From: Myxococcota bacterium
GTDB taxonomy: Bacteria > Myxococcota_A > UBA9160 > SZUA-336
Direction: 5' to 3'
Assembly (NCBI GenBank): GCA_035498875.1
Contig: DATJZP010000061.1
Coordinates: forward strand, 172,614-236,613
DNA length: 64,000 bases
This document shows positions 18,577 through 28,111 of this stretch, one piece after another; the first letter of the stretch is position 1, and each line of letters begins with the position of its first letter. The position numbers and the translations under genes were made by a program. Under the pieces are notes generated by a model. It saw only the letters and a list, made by a program, of their open reading frames with translations, was not told where the DNA came from and did no database searches.

Positions 18577-19104
18577 GTGCGCAAGGGCTCACGAGTGCCC
18601 TACGTCTCCCACCTGCTGGCGGTGTGCGCCTTGATCCTGTCCGACGGCGGCAGCGAGGACGAGGCGATCGCCGGACTCTTGCACGACTCACTCGAGGACC
18701 ACCCCGAGCTGGTCACGCGCGAGGAGCTGGAGCGGCGCTTCGGCGCTCGGGTGCGCTCGATCGTGGAGCTCTGCACGGACACTCCCGACGACTATGCGGG
18801 CGGCGAGAAGCCGCCCTGGCGCGAGCGCAAGCAGCGCTATCTGTCGCACCTGGAGCATGCACCGGCCGAGGCGCTGCGAGTCTCGATCGCCGACAAGGTC
18901 GACAACGTGCGCGCCATGGTCGTCGACTACCGAGCTGTGGGAGAGTCACTCTGGGAGCGCTTCAACGCCGGCAAGGCCGATCAGCTCTGGTACTACGGCG
19001 CCCTGCTCGGCAGCTTCAAACGGCGGAAAGCGCCCGCGTGCCTGCTCGAGCAGCTGGAGCGCGGAGTCAGCGAGCTCGTGCGGTTGGCAGAGGCCGGGCA
19101 GTGA
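18577..19104 (+). CDS. HD domain phosphohydrolase; the true N-terminus probably lies upstream of the first canonical start
   Basis: The motif is PYVSHLLAVCALIL...IAGLLHDSLED. The in-frame upstream codons 18523-18576 encode SDRFSEALALAARIHRGD, which belongs to the domain. No ATG, GTG or TTG lies between the TAG at 18463 and 18577. Confidence 0.65.
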   Translation: MRKGSRVPYVSHLLAVCALILSDGGSEDEAIAGLLHDSLEDHPELVTREELERRFGARVRSIVELCTDTPDDYAGGEKPPWRERKQRYLSHLEHAPAEALRVSIADKVDNVRAMVVDYRAVGESLWERFNAGKADQLWYYGALLGSFKRRKAPACLLEQLERGVSELVRLAEAGQ

Positions 19105-19982
19105 TCTCGTCCCGATCTCTGCGCGCCATCCTGTTGGCCATGCTGGCGCTCTGCGTCGGCTGCGCCGCGCACAAAGCCGATCGGCCGGCGGCCGGCTCGA
19201 CGCGCATCGCGTACGGGTCCGACCCATCACAGCAGTTCGGCGAGCTGTTCTTGCCGGACGGCAGCGGTCCCTTCCCGCTGGTGGTGCTGATCCACGGCGG
19301 CTGCTGGCTCTCGCGCTATGGGCTCGATGGCACGGCGCCGCTGTCGCAGGCACTGAGTCACGAGGGTGTCGCGGTCTGGAACATCGAGTATCGGCGCGTG
19401 GGGAATCCCGGCGGCGGCTGGCCGGGAACGTTCCTCGACGTGGCCGACGCGACCGACTACGCGCGCACGCTGGCGAAGAAGTATCCGCTCGATCTCTCGC
19501 GCACGATCGTCTTGGGTCACTCCGCCGGAGGCCACCTCGCGCTCTGGGACGCCGCTCGGCCGAAGCTTGCGCCGTCGAGCGAGCTCTATCGGCAGTCTCC
19601 GCTGCCCTTGCGCGGCGCGGTCGCCATGGCGGGACCGGGCGACCTGCGCGTGCTGGGCAGGCTCGGCGACGGCGTGTGCGGGCGGGACACTCTCTACCGT
19701 CTCACCGGGGGAACGCCGGTGCACGTGCCGGAGCACTACGCGGATGGCTCGCCCGCGGCGCTCTTGCCGCTCGGGCTGCGCCAGGTGCTGATCGTCGGCT
19801 CCAACGACGGGATCGTGCCGCCGGGTCTGGTGAAGGACTATCTGGAAGCCGCCAAGGCCGCGGGTGACTCGGTCGGATATTTCGAGCTTTCCGGTCTGAA
19901 TCACCTGGATCCGATCGACCCCGGCTCGAAAGCCTGGGACACCGTGCGCGCTCAGGTGCTCGAGCTGGTCGCGAAGCACTGA
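19101..19982 (+). CDS. Alpha/beta hydrolase lipoprotein (esterase/arylformamidase-like)
   Basis: GTG at 19101 overlaps the upstream stop. The lipobox is LAMLALCVGC. Also present are VVLIHGGCW and the nucleophile elbow GHSAGGHLA. Confidence 0.75.
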   Translation: MISSRSLRAILLAMLALCVGCAAHKADRPAAGSTRIAYGSDPSQQFGELFLPDGSGPFPLVVLIHGGCWLSRYGLDGTAPLSQALSHEGVAVWNIEYRRVGNPGGGWPGTFLDVADATDYARTLAKKYPLDLSRTIVLGHSAGGHLALWDAARPKLAPSSELYRQSPLPLRGAVAMAGPGDLRVLGRLGDGVCGRDTLYRLTGGTPVHVPEHYADGSPAALLPLGLRQVLIVGSNDGIVPPGLVKDYLEAAKAAGDSVGYFELSGLNHLDPIDPGSKAWDTVRAQVLELVAKH

Positions 19983-20005
19983 CCGTCCCGTGCTACGGTC
20001 CCGCG

Positions 20006-20497
20006 GTGAGCCGGATCGCCCGAGCATTCGTCCTTCTGATCGCGCTGGTCTCGACCGCAGCTGCACACGCGCAGATCGGCGAGGATCTCACGATCGACGT
20101 CGGCGCTGGCCCTCGCTTGTTCAAGGCGGCCGAGCTCCTGGCGCTGCCGCACGAGGCAGTGAAGGCGAGCGCTCACGGCGGCCCGGAGCAGACCTTCAGC
20201 GGGCCGCTGCTCTCGACCGTGCTCACTCATGCGGGAGCAAAGCTCGATTCACTCCACGGGCCGGCACTGGCCCAATACGTGCTGGTCTCGGCGCGCGACG
20301 ACTACCGCGTGGTGTTCGCGATCGCCGAGCTGTCGAGCGACTTCACGAGCCAGCGCGTGATCCTGGCGCACGAGGTCGACGGCCAGCCGATCGCCGCGGA
20401 CCAGGGCCCGTGGAAGATCGTCGTGGAAGGGGAGAAGAAGCCGGCGCGCTGGGTGCGGCAGGTGAGCAGCATCGCGCTCCGCCAGGTGGAGAAGTGA
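20006..20497 (+). CDS. Secreted molybdopterin-dependent-oxidoreductase-like domain protein
   Basis: A signal peptide is followed by GPLLSTVLTHAGAK...YVLVSARDDYRVVF...ILAHEVDGQPIAADQGPWKIVV. This resembles small Oxidored_molyb-domain proteins. Confidence 0.55.
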   Translation: MSRIARAFVLLIALVSTAAAHAQIGEDLTIDVGAGPRLFKAAELLALPHEAVKASAHGGPEQTFSGPLLSTVLTHAGAKLDSLHGPALAQYVLVSARDDYRVVFAIAELSSDFTSQRVILAHEVDGQPIAADQGPWKIVVEGEKKPARWVRQVSSIALRQVEK

Positions 20498-20498
20498 G

Positions 20499-21275
20499 AT
20501 GAGTGAGCGGGTGGCCGGCGACATCGACTACGCGCGCCACGGGCAGGGCTACGCGGCGCAGCGCAGGACCGATCGGCGCATCGAAGCGTACGTGCACGCC
20601 GCGCTCGGCGATGCGCGCACCGTGTTGAACGTGGGCGCGGGGGCCGGCTCGTACGAGCCGCGCGACCGGATCGTGGTGGCGGTCGAGCCGTCGAAGACGA
20701 TGCGCGCGCAGCGGCCGCCCGGGCTCGCCCCGGCGATCGACGCCACCGCCGAGTCGTTGCCCTTCGACGACGCTGCCTTCGACGCCGCGATGGCGATCGT
20801 GACCGTGCACCAGTGGAAGGACCTCGCGGCAGGACTGCGCGAGCTGCGACGCGTGACGCGCGGCCCGGTGCTGATCATGACAGCCGATGGCGCTGCGTTG
20901 GATCGGTTCTGGCTGAGTGACTATGCGCCCGAGATGATCGCGGTGGAGCGGCGGCGCTATCCACCGATCGACGCGATCTGCACGGGCCTGGGCGGGCGCT
21001 GCGAGGTCAGGTCGATTCCGATTCCGCGCGACTGCGTCGACGGCTTCTCCGAGGCGTTCTACGCGCGACCCGAGCAGCTGCTCGATCCCGCGGTGCGCGC
21101 TGCGCAGTCGGCTTGGAGCTTCGTCGAGCCCGCGCGGGTGGAGGCTGCGGTCGCGCGCCTGCGCGCGGACCTCGAGTCCGGAGCCTGGGATGCCCGATAC
21201 GGCGAATGGCGCCGACGGCCCGAGTTCGAGGGCTCGGGGCGCCTGATCATCGGGCGGCGCTCCGGCGACTCATGA
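20499..21275 (+). CDS. Class I SAM-dependent methyltransferase
   Basis: Sequence VLNVGAGAGSYEP...FDAAMAIVTVHQW. Confidence 0.75.
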   Translation: MSERVAGDIDYARHGQGYAAQRRTDRRIEAYVHAALGDARTVLNVGAGAGSYEPRDRIVVAVEPSKTMRAQRPPGLAPAIDATAESLPFDDAAFDAAMAIVTVHQWKDLAAGLRELRRVTRGPVLIMTADGAALDRFWLSDYAPEMIAVERRRYPPIDAICTGLGGRCEVRSIPIPRDCVDGFSEAFYARPEQLLDPAVRAAQSAWSFVEPARVEAAVARLRADLESGAWDARYGEWRRRPEFEGSGRLIIGRRSGDS

Positions 21276-21700
21276 AGCTCACCGGAAGCTGCGTCTGTGG
21301 CGCGGTTCGATTCGAGCTGATTCGCGAGCCGGTCTGGTCGCACTACTGTCACTGCTCGCGCTGTCGCAAGATCACGGGCGCGGCCAGCGCGGCAAACTTG
21401 TTCGTGCCGAGCGACGGGCTGCGCTTCCTGCAGGGCGAGCAGCACGCGCGCTCGTTCCGGCTGCCCGACACGCGCCACTTCCGGCACGTGTTCTGCCAGC
21501 GCTGCGGCTCGAACCTGCCGTTCGTCGACGCAGCGCTCGGGCTCGTGGTCGTGCCGATGGGCTCGCTCGACGACGACCATCCGAAGCTCGCGCCGCGAGC
21601 CCACATGTTCGTGGGCTCGAAGGCGCCCTGGCACCCGATCAACGACTCACTGCCACGGCATCCGGACGCGGGTCGTTGGGAGCTGGACCCGGAGGACTGA
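21272..21700 (+). CDS. GFA (glutathione-dependent formaldehyde-activating / CENP-V) family protein
   Basis: Sequence MKLTGSCVCGAVRFEL...HYCHCSRCRK...FCQRCGS. The start ATGA overlaps the upstream stop. Confidence 0.8.
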   Translation: MKLTGSCVCGAVRFELIREPVWSHYCHCSRCRKITGAASAANLFVPSDGLRFLQGEQHARSFRLPDTRHFRHVFCQRCGSNLPFVDAALGLVVVPMGSLDDDHPKLAPRAHMFVGSKAPWHPINDSLPRHPDAGRWELDPED

Positions 21701-21788
21701 CCGAGCCCGCCGCCACGACCGACAGCTCGTCTTCGACCTCTTCTTCGTCCACGAAGATCTGCGCGCGCTGACACATCAGCTCACTCAC

Positions 21789-22604
21789 TCACTGTCCGGG
21801 GTCCATGACGACGACTTCCACCCGCCGGTTCTGCTGTCGGCCTTCCGGCGTGGCGTTGGTGGCGACGGGCTCGGCCTCGCCCAGGCCCTGGGCGGTGACT
21901 CGCGACGGCGAGACGCCGTCCTGGATCAAGGCGCTGGCCACGGACTCGGCGCGGCGGCGCGACAGGTCCAGGTTGTAGCTGTCGGCGCCGGTGCTGTCGG
22001 CGTGACCTTCGACGCGCACGCGTCGGTCGGGCTCGTGGTTCAGCAGCGAGGCCACGCGCTGCAGCTCGTTCATCGCGCCGGGCTTGATGTCGGAGCGGTC
22101 CACGTCGAACAGCACGTCGTTCTGCAGCGTGATCACGAGGCCGCGCTTGGTCTGGCGGGACTGCAGCTCGGCGAGCTCGTTGCGCAGCTCGGCAGAGGTC
22201 GACTCGGCCATCGCCGCGCGTTCGCGCGCGGCTTCCGCCTCGCGGGTCCGGGCGTCGAGCACCACCGCGTCCTTCTTGGCGCCGAGCGTCTCGACGCGTT
22301 GCTCGGCCACGGCCTTGTCGGCCGTGGCCCGGGCGATGTCGACGCGCCGCTGCGCGAGATAGGCCCAGTGGTCGACGATCTCGTCCTTGTCACCGTCGTT
22401 GAAGGACTTCACCGCCTGGTCGAGGTCCTTGCGCGCCTCGTAGAGCTGCACCTGACCGTGATTCGCGACGTTCGGATCGGCCTGCGCGTTCTGATAGGCC
22501 GCCTCCGCACTGGTCACGTTCGGGTTCATGGGGTGGGCGCAGCCCGCCACGAAGGCGAGCGCCAGCAAGACACTCGAGACTCGCATCAGGGCTCCTTTCA
22601 TCAC
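21789..22604 (-). CDS. OmpA-family lipoprotein with N-terminal DUF4398-like helical region
   Basis: The lipobox is LALAFVAGC. The C-terminal OmpA_C motif reads VRVEGHADSTGADSYNLDLSRRRAESV. Confidence 0.85.
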   Translation of the reverse strand: MMKGALMRVSSVLLALAFVAGCAHPMNPNVTSAEAAYQNAQADPNVANHGQVQLYEARKDLDQAVKSFNDGDKDEIVDHWAYLAQRRVDIARATADKAVAEQRVETLGAKKDAVVLDARTREAEAARERAAMAESTSAELRNELAELQSRQTKRGLVITLQNDVLFDVDRSDIKPGAMNELQRVASLLNHEPDRRVRVEGHADSTGADSYNLDLSRRRAESVASALIQDGVSPSRVTAQGLGEAEPVATNATPEGRQQNRRVEVVVMDPGQ

Positions 22605-22972
22605 TGCATCCGCGCGCCGCGCTGGGCTTCGTTCTGCAGTGACTGGATGGCCGCCTCGAGCGCGGCGGCCGACTGCGCCGCGTCGTCCGACTGGGCCTTC
22701 ACGCGACCGAGCTCGGCATCGACCGACGCCTCCTCGGCCAGGCGCTGCGCCTTGTCGTAGTTCTTCTCGTGGAGCGCGACCTTGGCGCGCTCGAGCTTGT
22801 CCTGGGCCATGCGCACCTCGGCGCCGGCGGCCTCACTCGAGCGGGGTTCTTCCTGGGCGCTGCGCACCGCGAGCTCGGCCTTCCCGACTTCCTTCGCCGG
22901 CTGCTGCGGCGTGGAGCAGGCCGCCAACGCCAGCGCGCTTGCACCTGCGAGCAGCCAACCGTGTCGCTTCAT
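22601..22972 (-). CDS. DUF4398-like lipoprotein
   Basis: The ATG at 22972 gives MKRHGWLLAGASALALAAC. A helical Ala/Glu/Lys-rich region follows. It overlaps the downstream OmpA gene by 4 nt. Confidence 0.7.
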   Translation of the reverse strand: MKRHGWLLAGASALALAACSTPQQPAKEVGKAELAVRSAQEEPRSSEAAGAEVRMAQDKLERAKVALHEKNYDKAQRLAEEASVDAELGRVKAQSDDAAQSAAALEAAIQSLQNEAQRGARMQ

Positions 22973-23104
22973 GATTCGCCTCCTCGCCAAGGGCACGCGA
23001 AACAGGAACAGCAACCCGAGTGCCAAGCCGTACGGGCACGGAAGCTCGTGACTGCGTGTCCGAGCCATGGTGATTTCTGCAAAAGGCCAGCGAAACCTCG
23101 GGGG

Positions 23105-24253
23105 TCAGTCCCCGTTGAGCTCCGCGGCCGTCGCATCGATCCGGTGATCGAGGTCGTCCCCGAAGCCCGTGACGTCGGGAGCGGGATCGAAGGTCACGCC
23201 CTTGCTCACGGCTTTGTCGACGAGCATCTGGTCGGACGCGTCGAGCTTCGCGCGCGCCTTGGCGCGCGCCGCCGCGCGCTTGGGCTCCGAGGGCTTGGCG
23301 GCGTTGCTGGCTTCGGCCCGGAGCCCCGCGCTGCAGGCGGTGCCCGCTGCCGTGAGCCAGCCCGAGATGACGGTCGAGTTCGGCGGAGTGATTGCCGCCG
23401 CCTCGTCATTCTGGTCGGAGATCGCGCCGTCGAGGTCTTCGAGCGCGGTGATGGCGGAGTCCTGGGTCCCGCAGCTGAGTCCCTTTCTCTCGGCGGCCAT
23501 GAGTGCCTTGCTGAACGCACCGAGGAACGCCGTGTCCGCCTTGCCGCGGCAGGCCTCCACCACCGCATTCTCGGGGTCCTTGTCGGGCGCCTTGGCGTGC
23601 TTCGCCAGACACTTGAAGCTCGCCTGGCACATCTTCGCCGCGGCCGAGAGCTGCGCGCCGCGGCACTTCGCCGAGGCATCCCCGCTCGGGCTGCCGCCCC
23701 CGGGAGTCACCATGATGTGGATCGTGCCGTTCGGGCCGCTGACGGCGATCGATCCGCTGGGGAACGCAGCCGGGTCCTGGTCGAGAGACTGATCGTCGAT
23801 CGAGTGTCCGTCGCCGTCGGAAAGGCTCAGTGCGACGGTCTCGAGTCCGATGTCGCTCTGCTTGAGCAAGAGATTCGTGTCCGTCGTTCGCGTCGACACG
23901 ACCAGCAGGTCGATCGTCGAGTTCGCCACCGTGATGTTGTCCATGTCCGACGACAGGTCGACGCCGGTCGCCGACCAGCTGCCGATCGTCAACGTCAAGG
24001 ACGTGACCGGGCCGAAATAGACGGCCGGCGTCCCGGCCAAGCCTACGGGAGTGGACAGATCGACGGTGTAGTCGAGGGTCGCGGTCGAGCTCACGTGGAC
24101 GCCGAGGGACGCGAGCGAGGAGGTCGGATCGACGGCTCCAGGGGTGATCTCCGTGACCTGGCCGTGCACCTCGTAGCTCTTCGTCTCGCCGAGCGCGGGC
24201 GAAGCCGGAAGCGCGAGCAACAACAGCGCAGCAAGAAGTCCCGGAATCCGCAT
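23105..24253 (-). CDS. Secreted hypothetical protein with Cys-containing helical C-terminal region
   Basis: The signal peptide is MRIPGLLAALLLLALPASPALG. An N-terminal beta-rich half is followed by the Cys pattern KCRGAQL..KMCQASFKCLAKH..EACRGK..LSCG. Confidence 0.6.
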   Translation of the reverse strand: MRIPGLLAALLLLALPASPALGETKSYEVHGQVTEITPGAVDPTSSLASLGVHVSSTATLDYTVDLSTPVGLAGTPAVYFGPVTSLTLTIGSWSATGVDLSSDMDNITVANSTIDLLVVSTRTTDTNLLLKQSDIGLETVALSLSDGDGHSIDDQSLDQDPAAFPSGSIAVSGPNGTIHIMVTPGGGSPSGDASAKCRGAQLSAAAKMCQASFKCLAKHAKAPDKDPENAVVEACRGKADTAFLGAFSKALMAAERKGLSCGTQDSAITALEDLDGAISDQNDEAAAITPPNSTVISGWLTAAGTACSAGLRAEASNAAKPSEPKRAAARAKARAKLDASDQMLVDKAVSKGVTFDPAPDVTGFGDDLDHRIDATAAELNGD

Positions 24254-24315
24254 GTCGCCTCCAGTGACTGCGCCATTCTGCCAGAAGCCCGGCGATTCGA
24301 GCTAGAATTGGGCGT

Positions 24316-25065
24316 ATGGATCTCGGCCTGCGCGGCAAGTCGGTGCTCGTCACCGGCAGCTCGAAAGGCATCGGCCTGGCCTGCGCCGCGGGCTTCGCGG
24401 CCGAGGGCGCGAACGTGCACCTGTGCGCGCGCTCCGCGGCTCCGATGCACGCAGCGGCGCGTGACCTCTCCGCGAAGTTCGGCGTCGAGCTGCGCGTGCA
24501 CGTGACCGATCTGCGTGCGGACGGAGCGGCCGAGCGGCTGGCCGACGAGGTGGGCGCCATCGACGTCTTGGTCAACAACGCCGGCGACATCCCACGCGGG
24601 AGTCTCGGCGCCGTGGACGAGGCCACGTGGCGCCGCGCCTGGGACCTGAAGGTGTTCGGCTTCATCGACCTGACGCGCGCCGTGCTCGCGAGCATGGAGT
24701 CACGCGGGCACGGGGTGATCGTGAACGTGATCGGCATGGCTGGCGTCTCGCATCCAGCCGACTACATCTGCGGCGCGGCCGGGAACGCGGCGCTCGAGGC
24801 ATTCACCAAGGCGGCGGGCAAAGGCTCGATCCGGAGCGGCGTGCGCGTGCTCGGCATCCACCCGGGCGCCACCCGCACCGACCGCCTGGCCGACCCGCTG
24901 AAGGCGCTGGCCCGCCAGCGCTTCGGCGACGAGTCACGTTGGGAGGAGCTGTTGCGCGGCGTGGCGATCCAGGAGCCGGAGCAGGTGGCCGACACCGTGC
25001 TGTTCCTGGCCTCGGAGCGCGCGAGTCACTTGAGCGGCGTCGTGCTCAATCTGACGCCGGCCTGA
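24316..25065 (+). CDS. SDR family oxidoreductase
   Basis: Contains the Rossmann motif VLVTGSSKGIGLA and NNAG. Confidence 0.85.
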   Translation: MDLGLRGKSVLVTGSSKGIGLACAAGFAAEGANVHLCARSAAPMHAAARDLSAKFGVELRVHVTDLRADGAAERLADEVGAIDVLVNNAGDIPRGSLGAVDEATWRRAWDLKVFGFIDLTRAVLASMESRGHGVIVNVIGMAGVSHPADYICGAAGNAALEAFTKAAGKGSIRSGVRVLGIHPGATRTDRLADPLKALARQRFGDESRWEELLRGVAIQEPEQVADTVLFLASERASHLSGVVLNLTPA

Positions 25066-25066
25066 C

Positions 25067-25795
25067 GTGGCGATCGAGACCCAAGAGCAGATTCGATTGG
25101 CCGAGGGCGGCACCATGCGCGCCTATCTCGCGCTCCCCAACGGCCCCGCGCCGGCCCAGGGCTGGCCCGCCGTGGTCGCCATCCACGACATCATGGGCTT
25201 CTCGCCCGACATCCGGCGCATCGCGCGGCGCTTCGCCGAGTCCGGCTACGCCGCGCTCGCGCCCGCGCTCTTCGACGGCGCGGGCGCCGGACCGATGTGC
25301 GTGATCCGCACCGTGCGCGACTCCTCGCGCGGCGAGGGCCCGGCCTTCCAGAGACTCGAGCAGGCGCGCGCCTTCCTGGCCGCGCGGCCCGGCGTCGACG
25401 GCGCGCGCATCGGAGTCACCGGCTTCTGCATGGGCGGCGGCTTCGCGCTGGCCTGGGCGGCGAAAGGCGGGCTCCAGGTGTGCGCGCCCTACTACGGCGA
25501 GGTGCCCGAGCACGCGGACTCACTGCGCCGGGTCTGCCCGGTGGTGGCGGGCTTCGGCGAGCTCGACGGTTCGTTTCTCGGTCACGCGCACCGGCTCGAG
25601 AAACACCTGGCGGAGCTCGGCATCCCCCACGACGTGAAGATCTACCCGAACGTGGGTCATTCCTACATGAACGACCACGGAGGTGGGCTGCTCGCCGCGA
25701 TCGCGCGCCGCACGCCGATGCACGCCGCCTTCGACGCCCATGCCTCCGAGGACTCGTGGCGGCGCATGCTGGCGTTCTTCGCCGAGCACCTGTAG
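25067..25795 (+). CDS. Dienelactone hydrolase family protein
   Basis: Contains GWPAVVAIHDIMGF, the nucleophile context GVTGFCMGGGFA, and YPNVGHSYMND. Confidence 0.85.
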   Translation: MAIETQEQIRLAEGGTMRAYLALPNGPAPAQGWPAVVAIHDIMGFSPDIRRIARRFAESGYAALAPALFDGAGAGPMCVIRTVRDSSRGEGPAFQRLEQARAFLAARPGVDGARIGVTGFCMGGGFALAWAAKGGLQVCAPYYGEVPEHADSLRRVCPVVAGFGELDGSFLGHAHRLEKHLAELGIPHDVKIYPNVGHSYMNDHGGGLLAAIARRTPMHAAFDAHASEDSWRRMLAFFAEHL

Positions 25796-25808
25796 CCGGG
25801 CCGCTGAC

Positions 25809-26639
25809 TCAGCCTTCGGTCAGCTTTTTGTACGCGTGGTAGTGGCGGAGCGCGTCGCTCTTGCGGCCGAGTTTCTCGCACAGCGCGCCCAGGTTGAAGT
25901 GCGCATCGGCGAAGCTCGGGTCCAGCTCGAGCGCGCGCTCGTAGTGACTCGCGGCGGGCGCCGGGCCGCGCGCGTCCTCGAGCGCGAGCGCCAGGTTGAA
26001 GTGCACCACCGGATCGTCGGGGCTGCGCTCGAGCGCCTCGTGGTAGAGCCGCGCCGCCTCTTTCACGTTCCCAACCTGGTGCGCGATCCGGCCCAGGTTC
26101 ACCCAGGCGTCGACCAGGTCGGGGTCGAGCGCCAGCGCCTTGCCGTAGGCGTCGCACGCGCCCGCGGGGTCGTCGTCCTCGAGGTCGAGGCCGCGCTCGA
26201 ACTCGACCTGGGCCTGCGCGTGTGAGTCGTTCCCGGGCGCGGCGTGCCTGTGACTCGCGCGCAGCTCGGTGACTTGCTGCGCGAGCTCGTCCACGCCGAA
26301 GTCGAGCAGCACCTGGCCGGTCTCGGGCTCCCAAGCCGTGCCGCCGTCGCGCACGGCGACGCGCTTGCCGTCGGCGAAGATGCGCAGGCCCGAGATCGAG
26401 CGCTCGGGCGGCAGCTCACCCGCCAGCGTGGCTAGCGCGCGGCGCACGCGCGCCATCGGCACGTTCTGCGCGAGCAGCCCGGCCGCGGCGCGCAGCACCA
26501 CCAGCTCTTGGAACGAGAACGCGTAGCGTTTGCCGTCGCGCGCGGGCCGGCACAGGCCCGAGCGGACCAGCTCCCGAATGCGTGCCTCGGACAGGCCGAG
26601 AATCCGCGCCGCGTCGGTCGTCGACAAGTGTCGCCCCAC
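25809..26639 (-). CDS. MerR/excisionase-type HTH protein with C-terminal TPR repeats
   Basis: The N-terminus is LSTTDAARILGLSEARIRELVRSGL. At least three TPR-like units follow (AYGKALALDPDLVDAWVNLG, LYHEALERSPDDPVVHFNLA, HYERALELDPSFADAHFNLG). The start lies 10 nt after the ku stop. Confidence 0.75.
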   Translation of the reverse strand: MGRHLSTTDAARILGLSEARIRELVRSGLCRPARDGKRYAFSFQELVVLRAAAGLLAQNVPMARVRRALATLAGELPPERSISGLRIFADGKRVAVRDGGTAWEPETGQVLLDFGVDELAQQVTELRASHRHAAPGNDSHAQAQVEFERGLDLEDDDPAGACDAYGKALALDPDLVDAWVNLGRIAHQVGNVKEAARLYHEALERSPDDPVVHFNLALALEDARGPAPAASHYERALELDPSFADAHFNLGALCEKLGRKSDALRHYHAYKKLTEG

Positions 26640-26649
26640 GCTCCGGATA

Positions 26650-27504
26650 TTAGCTCGACGCCGCCTTCTTACCCTTCGCCTTGGCGCCTTTGCGCGCGGT
26701 CTCGGCCGCGGCCGGCTTCTCCTTGCCCGCGGCCTTCTCGGACAGACTCTTCTTCAGCGCCGCCACCAGGTCGATGATCTGCTCGCGCGCCTCTTCGGGC
26801 GGCGCGGCCACGATCTCTTCGCCCGCCACCTTGCGGTCGACGGCAGAGAGGATCTGGCGCCGGTACTCGTCCTCGTACTTCTGGGCTTCGAACTTGTCGT
26901 GAGAGAGCTGCTCGACCAGCTCCTTCGCGAGCTTCAGCTCGGCGTCCTTCAGCGCGATCGTCTTGTCGATCTCGATGTCCGAGAAATCACGCACCTCGTC
27001 CGCGTAGTAGAGGCCGTGCATCGCCAGGCCGTCGCCCATCGGGCGCAGCAGCACGAGCTGCAGGCGCCCGCGCGTCGAGTAACGCCCCACGGCCACGCGC
27101 TTGGTCTCGGTCATCGCGCGGTGCAGCAGCTGATACGCCTTGTGACCGCCCTTGTCGGGACCGAGCAGGTTCGACTTCTCGAAATACACCGGATCGACCT
27201 GTGAGATCGGCACGAACTCCTCGATCTCGATCGTCTGGTCGGTCTTGCGCTGCAAGCCGGCGAGCTCTTCGTCGGTCACCACCACATACTGGTCGCGGGC
27301 GTACTCGTAGCCCTTCACGGTGGCGTTGCGCTCCACGACTTCGCCGCAGGTCGCGCAGATGTATTGCTGCTTGAGGCGCGACTTGTCCTTCTCGTGCAGC
27401 ATGCTGAAGCGCACGTCCTTGCTGCTGGTCGCGGTGAAGACCTTGATGGGGATCGACACCAGACCGAACGAGATCGTCCCGGACGAGATCGCGCGCGCAG
27501 GCAT
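26650..27504 (-). CDS. ku: Non-homologous end joining protein Ku
   Basis: Sequence MPARAISSGTISFGLVSIPIKVFTATSS...VKGYEY..DQYVVVTDEEL, with a basic C-terminal tail. Confidence 0.9.
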   Translation of the reverse strand: MPARAISSGTISFGLVSIPIKVFTATSSKDVRFSMLHEKDKSRLKQQYICATCGEVVERNATVKGYEYARDQYVVVTDEELAGLQRKTDQTIEIEEFVPISQVDPVYFEKSNLLGPDKGGHKAYQLLHRAMTETKRVAVGRYSTRGRLQLVLLRPMGDGLAMHGLYYADEVRDFSDIEIDKTIALKDAELKLAKELVEQLSHDKFEAQKYEDEYRRQILSAVDRKVAGEEIVAAPPEEAREQIIDLVAALKKSLSEKAAGKEKPAAAETARKGAKAKGKKAASS

Positions 27505-27577
27505 TCCGCTCCTTTGGCCCCGGGGGTGGGCCGCAGCGGGAGGGAACCTAACCGTACGATACTTTCGCCCCGGAGCG

Positions 27578-28033
27578 CTACTTCTTCAGCTCGAGCTTCA
27601 CGCCCGACGCGCCTGCCGTGAGCGACAGACCGCGCGTGGTGGCGTTGATGTGCACCTCGACGCCGGCCGGGTTGCCCATGATCAGGCCACCGCCGCCACC
27701 GCCGATCGTGCCGCCGCCGACCAGGGCGGTGTAGTTGCCGGAGAAGTCCTCGAGCTTCGACAGGTGATACACCTTGCCCACCGCCTGGATCTCGCTCGCG
27801 CCCACCGAGCCGACGGTGATGCCGTCGACCGTGACCGGGTACGACTTACCCTTGTAGGTGAGCGTGCCGCCGCCCCAGGAGTAGCCGACGCCCGCGGCCA
27901 CGGCCTTCGCAGAGAGCTTCAAGGTGGCGTCGGGCTTGGGCTTCGTGGCCTTCTCGGCGGCGTGGCCGACACCGGACAGTGTAACCACGCAAGCCAGGGC
28001 CAGGATGACTCGGACCGACGTTCGAGCGTGCAT
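27578..28033 (-). CDS. Secreted Gly-rich hypothetical protein
   Basis: The ATG at 28033 gives a signal peptide, MHARTSVRVILALACVVTLSGVGHA. GYSWGGGTLTYKGKSYPV and a GGGTIGGGGGG stretch follow. Confidence 0.6.
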   Translation of the reverse strand: MHARTSVRVILALACVVTLSGVGHAAEKATKPKPDATLKLSAKAVAAGVGYSWGGGTLTYKGKSYPVTVDGITVGSVGASEIQAVGKVYHLSKLEDFSGNYTALVGGGTIGGGGGGLIMGNPAGVEVHINATTRGLSLTAGASGVKLELKK

Positions 28034-28111
28034 CTCGTGCTCCTTCGTTGAATCAATCACTTTAGCGGACGCTCCGAAGTGCAGCCATCGTGCCAGTCGC
28101 ATGCTCCCGCT

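Noticed and set aside
21777-21794. (CTCA/TCAC)n microrepeat, cagCTCACTCACTCACTgtcc, at the ompA-family gene stop.
   Set aside because: There are only about three units overlapping a stop codon. The tract is too short to argue for phase variation and lies outside any start or promoter region.
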